Shown here: piece after piece, positions 42,936-64,000 of the stretch
Layout of the letters: the number at the start of each line of letters is the position of its first letter
Numbering within the stretch: the stretch's first letter is position 1
Source of the DNA: the human T2T-CHM13v2.0 reference genome, Homo sapiens
Reading direction: 5' to 3' (one strand)
Length of the DNA: 64,000 nucleotides
Assembly: GCF_009914755.1 (NCBI RefSeq)
Contig: NC_060931.1
The notes under the pieces: model-generated
Database searches by the model: none
The model's input: the letters and a program-made list of their open reading frames with translations, nothing else
What the model was told of the DNA's origin: nothing
Position numbers and translations under genes: made by a program

Positions 42936-43225
42936 GACCGGGCGCCATGACTCATGCCTATAATCCCAGCACTTGAGGGAGACCAAGGCAGGAGGATCAC
43001 TTGAGGCCAGGAGACTGAGACCAGCCTGGGCAACACAGCAAGACCCCATCTCTACAAAAAAAAACTTAAAAATTAGCTGGGCTGGTGGTGCGCGCCTGTA
43101 ATCCCACTACTTCGGGAGGCTAAGGAGGGAGTAGGGCTTGAGCCTGGGAGGTCGAGGCTGCAGTGAGCTGTGAGGGCGCCACTGCACTCAAGCCTGGGAA
43201 ACACAGCGAGACCCCATCTCAAAAA
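42936..43225 (+). mobile_element. AluJ-like abutting the CpG island
   Basis: Dimer ending about 200 nt from the exon 1 donor. Confidence 0.92.
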
Positions 43226-43426
43226 GGGCGAGACGGGGTGGGGCAGAGACGACGCCAGCAGGCCTCGGGGAATGGGTCGGGGGGGAGTGGGGTGCAGGCG
43301 GGGCTGGATCCAGCATCCTCGCCCCAGGGGTCCCCGCCCGCGGCGGCGGACCACGGAGGGGCCCGGGGCGGGGGTTAGCGCCCCGGCCCACCTGGGTGCA
43401 GGTGCTGGGCGGGGGGCGCGCGTCAC

Positions 43427-43735
43427 CTTGAGGATGTTGTCGAAGATGGTGTCGCGGAACTCCAGCAGCGCCTTCTGGTCGAACTCGCGGCCGTGGATGA
43501 TGCGCATCTGCTTGAGGAACGTGGACTTGCCGCTCTCGCCCGCGCCCAGCAGCAGGATCTTCACCAGGCGCCGGACCGCGCGCCGCTCGCGGGCCAGCAG
43601 CGCGTCGATGTCGCGGCTACGCCTCCGGGCCTCGCGCTCCGCGTCGCGCGCGCCGCTGCCCGCCCTGCGCTCGCGGGCCCCGCCGGCCTCGGCCGGCAGC
43701 AGGCAGCGGCTGAGGGTCCGCACCACCCCGGACAT
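43427..43735 (-). CDS. GNA12: G-protein subunit alpha-12, coding exon 1 (aa 1-103)
   Basis: Translates as [19 protein letters not shown]...[46 protein letters not shown], the Galpha12 N-terminus with the G1 P-loop. ATG at 43735 (GGGGCCATGT); 309 nt; ends AAG|GTGACG, a phase-0 donor. Confidence 0.99.
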
Positions 43736-43741
43736 GGCCCC

Positions 43742-43780
43742 TCAGGCCGCGGCCGCGCCCCGCCGGCGCCCGGGGGCCAT
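43742..43780 (-). promoter_or_regulatory. uORF in the GNA12 5' leader (MAPGRRRGAAAA*)
   Basis: ATG GCC CCC GGG CGC CGG CGG GGC GCG GCC GCG GCC TGA GGG GCC ATG; same frame as the main CDS. Confidence 0.75.
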
Positions 43781-44559
43781 GGACGCTCCCGCCGGCGAGG
43801 GCGAGCCCGGGCCGAGGCACCGCCCCACGCCCCGCCGCTCGCCTCAGGCCGCGTCCGCCGCCGCCGCTGCAGTCGCTCCGAGGCCCGCACTCGTCGCCCG
43901 GCCGCCACTCGGGCCCGGCGGAGGGGCGGGCGGCGCCGCGTGAGGCCCGGCGGATTGGGCCGGCTGCCGTCCATCTGGCCGTGAGAGCCCTTCGATTGGC
44001 TCATCTCGCCAAGGGAGGCGGGCATCCCTTCCGGCCTCGGGGCGGGGTCGACGCCGAAAGAGGCGGGATCTTTGAGGTGAAGGCGCTTCTCATTGGACGC
44101 CCAGGCTGAGGTTCTTTCTTTCAGAATGAAAGGGAGGCGGGGTCGCCCGGGAGGCGGAGCGATCGTCCGCCATGGCCAATTATAATTGCTCTGAGTGGAC
44201 ATCAGACGTGCCCAACGGGCTTTGGATTGGGTGTTCGGGGGACGGGGCGTGACGAGAAGTGCCAGGTGTACAGAAAGATTCTCCCTTGGTTCCCAGATTG
44301 GGTCCGCCTGTGAGACCAGGACCTCGCGGAGTAGCCCAAAGGCTGGGAAATGCTGATAAGAGGTTCAGCTGCTCGTCGTATTCCCTCCGATGATCTTGTT
44401 TCTACACTATTTTCCTTCCAGAAACACTGGAGGGGGATGGGCCATAAATTTCAAACACATGCACCCTTTGAGAGTGGCATGGGCTTCTAGGAGGCTTTGC
44501 GAAAAGCTGACTAATCACTAAAATCACCAGAAGCTCCCCCAAAAGTCTTATGTCTCACA

Positions 44560-44830
44560 GTGATTGAGAGAGTGGGGTCTGGAGTTGCTGGGCCTGAGTT
44601 GGAATCTCCAGTCGACCAGTTACTAGGTGTACTAGTTGCATAACTTTTTTTAGCAGCTTTCCCCACCCCCCCCAACAAACCCTTTTGGATGTTCTTAGCT
44701 TCCGTTTCCTCATCTGTAAAACGGGGGTGTCATTGACGACATTGGTTATGGCTTGACATTGCTCAAATCGTCATGAAGATATAAACTGAGAACATGAACT
44801 TACCAAACACTTAGCACGTGAGCTAGCCCA
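44560..44830 (+). mobile_element. MIR
   Basis: CGTTTCCTCATCTGTAAAACGGGG. Confidence 0.7.
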
Positions 44831-44959
44831 AAATCAGCTCTTGATAGAGATCAGCTGATTACAGATTCTTGACTCTCCCAGATCTACTGAATCAGAACCT
44901 CCTAGAAGGAGCTCAGGTATCCCTTAAGATTAAAGGCGTGAGCCGCCGCGCCTGGCCCA

Positions 44960-45545
44960 GTGTGTAGTCTTTTATCTCTCGCCACCCCCCACCTTTTACC
45001 CTGAGTCCCCAAAGTCCAATCTCTGTGCGGTGTCTGTTAACTCTGCTGATTATTTCTTTTGCAGTGCCGAAGCTTTTTAGTTTAATTAAGTCCCATCTAT
45101 TTATCTTTGTTTTTGTTGCATTTGCTTTTGGGTTCTTGGTCACAAAGTCTTTGCCTAAGCCAACGTCTAGAAGGATGTTTCCGATGTTATCTTCTAGAAT
45201 GTTTATGGTTTCAGGTTGTAGATTTAAGTCTTTGATCTATCCTGAGTTGATTTTTGTATAACGTGAGAGACGAGGATCCAGTTTTATTCTTCTACATGTG
45301 GCTTGCCAATTATCTCAGCACCATTTGCTGAATAGGCTGTCCTTTCCCCACTTTGTTTTCATTTGCTTTGTTGAAGATCAGTTGGCTGTAAGTATTTGGC
45401 TTCATTTCTGGGTTCTCTATTATGTTCCATTGGTCTCTGTGCCTATTTTTATATTAGTACCATGCTGTTTTTGTGACGATAGCCTTATAGTATAGTTTGA
45501 AGTCAGGTAAAGTGATGCCTCCAGATTTGTTCTTTTTGCTTAGTC
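44960..45545 (-). mobile_element. Primate L1 (L1P) ORF2 fragment
   Basis: The minus frame reads [25 protein letters not shown], typical of L1 ORF2p. Confidence 0.92.
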
Positions 45546-45566
45546 ACAGATCTAAACTCCCCAGAA

Positions 45567-48403
<2,837 letters not shown>

Positions 48404-48838
48404 AAATAACATATTATTCCTAAAAAGAATATGCAAGACTAAAATGTGTAAATAGATGGCCCACAGACATGCTTTCTTGGTCTACCAGCTGTTAAAAAAA
48501 ATTGGTAGAGAGTAGGAGGAATAGACTGAATGTTCCTCCCAACTTGTATTCAGTTCCACCTCTGGAGCTAAGGAGAAGCCAGGAAGGGGGAGTCCGACAG
48601 CAGGGCCTGAAACCTTCATGTGACACGGTAAGCTCACCTGAAATCTCTAGGAAAGGAAGCAGCCACAGGGACTCTCACTCTCCAGTGGGCCAGCAGTGAG
48701 GGGATCAGGAACTCAGAGGCCTGGTATAGGGCCCAAGACGCTGGGATTCCCAATAGGAACAGGATCCCCTTAGGTCCCATGCATGCAGTCTCCTTTTGAG
48801 GTCCTAGTAGGGCCTTTCTGGCCTGGGGAGAATGTGGG

Positions 48839-49209
48839 TGATATGGTTTGGCTGTGTCCCCACCCAAATCTCATCTTTAATTGTAGCTCCCATAATTCCC
48901 TCATGTTGTGGGAGGGACCCATGAGAGATAATTGAATCATGGGGTGATTTCCCCCATGATTCCCCCAGACTGTTCTTGTGGTAGTGAATAAGTCTCACGA
49001 GATCTGATGGTTTTATAAGGGGAGACCCCTTTCACTTGGCTGTCATTCTTCTGTTATCTGCCGCCATGTAAGAAGTGCCTTTCACCTTCCACCATGATTG
49101 TGAGGCCTCCCCAGCAACATAGAACTGTGAGTCCATTAAACCTCTTTCTTTTGTAAATTGCCCAGTCTCAGGTATGCCTTTATCAGCAGCGTGAAAACGA
49201 ACTAGTACA
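48839..49209 (+). mobile_element. THE1 solo LTR (MaLR)
   Basis: TGATATGGTTTGGCTGTGTCCCCACCCAAATCTC...GAACTAGTACA. Confidence 0.93.
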
Positions 49210-49514
49210 GTCTGAGAGCTCTGTGGGGTGAGAGGACTGGGAGATTTCCCCCATCCCTGAACATGGGAGCTGCCAACAACTTCAGCTCTGAGACCTCTTC
49301 CCTTCCTCCTGGTGCTCATCACAGGAGTGGCATCCTGCCTGTTACCTTACCTTTCTCCACTGCATAGGAGACCCTAAAGGCTCCCCCTGAAAGCCAAAGA
49401 GCTATGAGTGAGAATAAGAAAATGTCAATAGACTTAAGGGGACCGAGGTGCCAGAGAGAAGAAGAAAAAGTAGGATATCTCACATAATGGTAAATGAATG
49501 AATGGAAACTTTAT

Positions 49515-50416
49515 ATCGCCATCATTGTCACCACCATCACTATCACCATTGTCACATCACTGTCACCATCACCATCGTGATCATCATAATCATCATCACC
49601 ACCATCACTATCACCAACACCAGCACCATCATCATCATCACCACCACCATCACTGTCACCATCATCACCACCATCACTATCAGCATCATCACCATCACCA
49701 TCATCACCACCACCACCATCATCATCACCACCTTCGCTATCACCATCACTATAATTACCACCATCACTATCACTATCACCATCATCACCACCACCACCAT
49801 CATCACCACCATCACTATCGCCACCACCATAATCACCACCATCACTATCAGCATCATCACCATCACCATCATTGCCACCATCACTATCACCATCACCATC
49901 ATCGTCACCATCACTGTCACCATCACCATCAGATCATCATAATCATCATCACCACCATCACTATCACCAACACCAACACCATCATCATCATCACCACCAT
50001 CACTGTCACCATCATCACCACCATCACTATCACCAATACCAACACCATCATCACGACCATCACTATCAGCATCATCACCATCACCATCATCACCACCACC
50101 ATCACCACCATCACTATCATCATCACTATAATCACCACCATCACTATCACCATCACATCATAACCACCACCACCACCACCATCACTATCACTATCACCCT
50201 ATCACCACCATCATTATCACCATCACCATCACCATCACCATCATTATCACCATCACCATCATCACCATCACTATCACCATCACCACCACCATCAACATCA
50301 CCACCATCACTATCACCACCATCACTATCATCACCACCATCACCATCATCATATCACCACCATCACTATCAGCATCACTATCACCATCTTCATCATCACC
50401 ACCATCACTATCACCA
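49515..50416 (+). repeat. ~900-bp compound (CAC/CAT/CAY)n triplet-based repeat
   Basis: Continuous CACCAT/CATCAC/CACTAT units; gives poly-His, poly-Ile/Thr and poly-Ser/Pro frames. Confidence 0.97.
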
Positions 50417-50465
50417 TGGTTCCACCTTAGAAGAATTGTCAATGGCATAAAAAGACATTGTATTT

Positions 50466-52497
<2,032 letters not shown>

Positions 52498-52619
52498 GGC
52501 TCAAAACTAAGAGAACATAAAGGAGAAACTGAGGAATCCATCCTCACTGCTGGGTGTGAGTGTGGGTTAAGTATATCTCTTCTAGTAATTAATAGTTCAA
52601 ACAGCTGAAAAATACAATT

Positions 52620-53092
52620 GTAGCAGTCTAATATATGAGTAGTCTCCAAATGAACCACTTCTCCAGGTATCCATTCCCTTGTGTAACCCCTCCACTTAAA
52701 TCTGGATTGGGCTGGAACTTATTTTGACAAATAGAATGTGGCAGACGCAATATTCTACCAGTTCCAAGTCTAAGCCTTAAGAAAGCCTGATAGCTTTGTT
52801 TTTGTGTTTCTGGAGCCCTGTGAGTCATGTAGGAAGTCCAGCTACTCTTTTGGAGAGACCCATGGGAGAGGTAAAGGGCCTGAGAGTACGTGGGGAGGAA
52901 GAGAGTCCTACTCATCCCAAGGTCCCAGCTGAGCCAAGCCTTCAGTCAATCTGCTAGCAGAATACAGTCGTAGGAAATATTAGCCTGCCTGCCCAGCTGA
53001 GTCCAGCCCAGGGTGCAGATTCATGACAAAATAGTGTTTTAAGCCACTAAAATCTGTAGTGGTTAGTTATGCACCAACAGATCACTGAAGCA
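52620..53092 (+). mobile_element. MaLR LTR (MLT1F-like)
   Basis: AATAGAATGTGGCAGA; TTTTAAGCCACTAAAATCTGTAGTGGTTAGTTATGCA end. Confidence 0.75.
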
Positions 53093-53138
53093 ACAGTGAA
53101 CAAGTTTGGCCTAATAAATACATTTCGAACTGTGTGTC

Positions 53139-54101
<963 letters not shown>

Positions 54102-54320
54102 GTGTCCAAGAATTAGAGAATACATGTTCTGTTCAAATACAAGAAACATTTTCAAAAACTGACCAAATACTAGGACACAAAGCAAGTTTCAATACATTTT
54201 AAAGGAGTGGTATCATACAGGCCACATTCTCTCACCATGTTGCAATTACATTTGAAATCATTAAAAGATATCTTCTAAAAACTCCACAGATACATAAGTT
54301 AAAAATACACTTCTAAATAA

Positions 54321-54827
<507 letters not shown>

Positions 54828-54867
54828 TCAGCATGTCAGCATGTCAACATGCAAAATAAGGACTTAA

Positions 54868-55870
<1,003 letters not shown>

Positions 55871-56029
55871 TGAACATATTCCTTTCTGTCTGGGGCAGGT
55901 TGCTGTGCAATATGACTTCCTCTGGTCCTTCTTGTTGTATCATCAAAATAGGCTAATAGAGTAGCCTTCAAAAACTGTAGATTGAATTACTGTTACTGAT
56001 TCTTCACTCTCTTATAGTTGGACTATACA

Positions 56030-56678
56030 TTCACACCTTTGACACTGACTCCCAGCAGGCAGAAGTGTTCTTCCTCTCCCATTGTCTTTGGGCTTGACCT
56101 TGTAACTTACCTTGGCCAGTGGGATATCAACAGATATGAGGCAAGGAGAGGCTTGAAATAGGCATGCCATATTTGGGTTGGCTTGGCCTCTTGTGCCCTG
56201 GAGAGGAGACGTCCGAGGAGGAGGAGACACACACAGCAGACCTAGACACACACACACAGCAGGCCTAGAGATACACACAGCCGACCTAGACACACACACA
56301 CAGCAGGCCTAGAGACACATACAGCAGACCTAGACACACACACACAGCAGGCCTAGAGATACACACAGCAGACCTAGACACACACACAGCAGGCCTAGAG
56401 ACACATACAGCAGACCTAGACACACACACACAGCAGGCCTAGAGATACACACAGCAGACCCAGACACACACACAGCAGGCCTAGAGGTACACACAGCCGA
56501 CCTAGACACACACACAGCAGGCCTGGACCCAACACATCCCAGCTGAGCACAGCCTAGATCAGCTGATTCGCAGTCAAACCAAAGGCATGTGACTGAGAAG
56601 AAGTGGCTATTGTTTCAAGCCATTGGATTTAGGATAGTTTGTTATGCAGTGTTACTATGGCAATAGCTGATGAATACA
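56030..56678 (+). mobile_element. MaLR LTR (MLT1G/H-like) carrying a minisatellite
   Basis: CTTTGGGCTTGACCTTGTAACTTACCTTGGCC; TTGTTATGCAG...GCAATAGCTGATGAATACA end. Confidence 0.75.
56222..56525 (+). repeat. Minisatellite, 20-24-bp units alternating CAGCAGACCTAGA(CA)n and CAGCAGGCCTAGAGA
   Basis: Read directly; about 14 units, ~42-44-bp dimer period. Confidence 0.95.
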
Positions 56679-56679
56679 A

Positions 56680-60142
<3,463 letters not shown>

Positions 60143-60430
60143 TTTTCATGGCTTTTAACACCCAAGACTTATTTCTGGTTTGGGGACTCTCTTCCATATC
60201 ATCTCACCCCAGGATCCAGGCTGACGCAGCAGCCACTGTCTTGAACGTTGTTGGCCACTGAGCCAAGAGAAAGAAAGAGCTTGGGAAAGTTTTGTGCTGA
60301 CAGGTGCACGGCCTGCAAGTGACACACGAGTTCTGCACACAGCGTACTGGACAGAACGGTGCTGAGGAGTTGCGTGTGTCTGCTTGGCTAAGATCCTAAT
60401 CAATTATTTAATCACACATGAATGGAGGCA

Positions 60431-61984
<1,554 letters not shown>

Positions 61985-62219
61985 GTACTAGTTATGCCTC
62001 TCCCAGCTAAGGTCCCAGGAAGTACAATTCTACCCATTACCCTTAAGACATCACAGATGATCGGTCAGTACTAATAAGTGCTGTACGGTTATTGGACAGA
62101 TTCGAGTTAACGTATGGAGAACAGGCAGGGTGCAAAGTGCATCCTGGCGTAGACCCCAGCTCTGCCAGGCACTAGCTCTGTAGGCTCTTGAACAACTTCC
62201 TTACCTCCCTGTGCCTTGT

Positions 62220-62520
62220 TTTCTTTTTTTTTTTTTCCCGAGACGGAGTCTCTCTCTGTTGCCCAGGCTGGAGTGCAGTGGCAGGATCTTGGCTCACCAC
62301 AACCTCCACCTCCCGGGTTTGAGCAATTCCCCTGCCTCAGCCTCCTGAGTAGCTGGGATTACAGTTGTGTGCCATCACGCCTGGCTAATTTTTGTATTTT
62401 TAGTAGAGACGGGGTTTCACTATGTTGGCCAGGCTGGTCTCGAACTCCTTACCTCACAATGCGCCCTCCTCGGCCTCCCAAAGTGCTGGGATTATAAGTG
62501 TGCGCCACCGCACCCGGCCC
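62220..62520 (-). mobile_element. AluS inserted in a MIR (~62120-62620)
   Basis: Full dimer; TSD CCTTG(T/G)TTT(T)CT; MIR motifs on both sides. Confidence 0.9.
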
Positions 62521-63036
62521 TTGGTTTTCTATTCTGTAAAACGGAAGTGACCCGGTGGAGATAAAGGGGTAAATGCAGAGAATGAACTCAGAACATGCCG
62601 GTCGCCTTGGCAGTGCTCGCTAAGTGTTTGCATTTTTTTCCCTCCCTGTAACCGCTAGACCACCACGGAACTTGCATTTTTTGCTACTGGATGACAGGTC
62701 TTCCTCCTCTCCCAGGGTGGCTGTCTGGCAGGTTTCCCCACTTCCTGCAGTCTTCTCTGCCCTAGGGGACCAGTAGCCATGTTTCTGCCCCAACAAGTAA
62801 CCTCCTTGCCCTGTCCTGGCTCCCGGGATCCTTCCTCTGGTGGTCTGCACAGGCCACGGCGCTCAGGGTGCCGCAGCGGCAAAGTGGGCAGTGGTCGCCC
62901 GTGTTCCAGGGAAGGAGGAGGGTGAGGGCGCCTGACCTCAGAGACCCCCAGAAGGTATCTGTGGGGGCACAGATGACCAGGAGCCCTGGAGTTAGTTCCA
63001 TTTGCTGGCTGTGACCTTGGAAAGCCAGCAATGATT

Positions 63037-63170
63037 CAGGACCGGCTGCACAATTTGTGCAAAATGAAAATGTGGGGCCTCTTGTCCAAAAAGTATTACG
63101 AATTTCAAAACAGCCACAGCAGAGCACCACGCCGAGCAAGGGCCCTTCTCAGTACAGACCCTGAGCCTCC
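63037..63170. mobile_element. MER45-like hAT DNA transposon
   Basis: CAGGACCGGCTGCACAATTTGTGCAAAATGAAAATGTGGGGCC. Confidence 0.75.
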
Positions 63171-63719
63171 CGAGAGTGTGAGTGCTGGGGAAATCTGGGG
63201 AAAGAGGCCAAGGCTGTCCAGAGCCGAGCCCCTCCCTGGGGATTGTGTCTGGGGCCCGCAAACTCCCCAGGCGGAGGGAAGAGCCAGTCCTCCGGAGACG
63301 CTGGGCACCGAGCCTCCTCCAGGCCCGGAGAACGAGCCTGTAGCCTGTCGCTGTTTGCTGAGGGCCCTGACCTCTGTGGGAACACACAGGAAGTGGTTCA
63401 TTTTCTCCCCACCAGTGACTCACTCCCGTCAGCCCTGCCCTTTCCAATCTCTGCTTCCTGTCCCTTAGCCTCAGCTTGGGTAATTCTGGGCAATAGAAAG
63501 GCCAGTCTGGTTGAGTCTGAAACTGCCATCTCACATGCAATTTCGCACTCATCTTGTCCCCCACTGAAGGGCTGGCTTAGCCTTGGCCGGAGAGCCCTGG
63601 AGAAGGAGGGGAGAGGTCGGGGGGACTGGCTGCGGTCCTTCCTCTTTCTCCTGGCTTCTGGGGTTGGGAGGGGAAGAGGAGGAAGAGGAGGAGGAGGAGA
63701 AGGTCTGGAGTGTCGGCAC

Positions 63720-64000
63720 AATAGTAATATCAATAACAATAGCAGCTAATATTTACTGCAAGTGGTTCTCTGGGTCTGGAGATGCTCCAAGCACTTTTCT
63801 GACCGTAAGTTATGGCATTAAGTTTTGTAACTAGGAGGTAGGTCCTGTAATAAGGTCCTGTTGTAATTCCCATTTTTCTCTGTTGAGGAAACAGGCTGAG
63901 ACAAGGTAGGTAATGTGCCCAAGGCCACAAAATTAGGAGGTGGCAGAGTCAGGATTGGAACCCAAGGTCTTCCTGATTCCACATCCGTTGCCCAGTCACT
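63720..64000 (-). mobile_element. MIR
   Basis: GCAGCTAATATTTACTG...GCCCAAGGCCACA...GGCAGAGTCAGGATTGGAACCCAAGG. Confidence 0.8.

Larger units (their letters stand above)
43230..44340. promoter_or_regulatory. GNA12: CpG island and GNA12 promoter
   Basis: Very high GC and CpG content. GC boxes near 43923, 44039, 44136 and 44244. CCAAT/ATTGG at 43954, 43995, 44092, 44176, 44226 and 44297. No canonical TATA box near exon 1. Confidence 0.92.

Noticed and set aside
43073-43426. ORF-track extension of GNA12 past NILK (220 aa)
   Set aside because: Read-through beyond the GT donor into the intron and an Alu.
43855-43868. (CCG)4 in the 5' leader as an expansion-prone repeat
   Set aside because: Too short to be notable inside a CpG island.
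43170-44202. Long overlapping ORFs (257, 213 and 163 aa) in the CpG island
   Set aside because: Stop-poor GC-rich DNA and antisense shadows of exon 1; Arg/Pro/Ala/Gly low complexity with no recognisable domain.
49498-50450. Poly-His, poly-Ile/Thr and poly-Met/Val ORFs as real genes
   Set aside because: They follow directly from a triplet repeat lacking stop codons; no splice or homology support.
56222-56525. CRISPR-like repeat-spacer appearance
   Set aside because: Units are contiguous and the intervening parts are CA runs rather than unique spacers; eukaryotic context with no cas genes.
62996-63749. Cluster of GC-rich ORFs (145-190 aa) near the window end
   Set aside because: Partly overlap a MER45-like element; no recognisable protein or exon structure.

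Overview
Human (primate) genomic DNA at the 5' end of GNA12 (G-protein alpha-12, minus strand). Coding exon 1 (43427-43735, residues 1-103, including the GAGESGKS P-loop) lies in a CpG island with a TATA-less promoter rich in CCAAT and GC boxes. Positions 1-43426 are intron 1; exon 2 is not in the window. Positions ~44400-64000 are a very Alu-dense upstream region. Intron 1 contains two small phase-0 exons (14451-14504 and 13886-13963) that build an alternative 44-aa N-terminus without the P-loop, an antisense PFDN4 processed pseudogene with 16-bp TSDs, and many SINE, LINE, LTR and DNA-transposon relics. Almost all other ORFs in the supplied track are Alu-derived, simple-repeat-derived or chance ORFs. 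I found no wholly new multi-gene system. The best leads are an in-frame uORF ending 6 nt before the GNA12 start, the P-loop-less isoform, a ~58-nt double-hairpin retro-insert with TSDs, the long 5' leader captured by the PFDN4 retrocopy, and several unusual tandem repeats. Repeat family names come from recalled consensus sequences; repeat boundaries are approximate unless TSDs are given.
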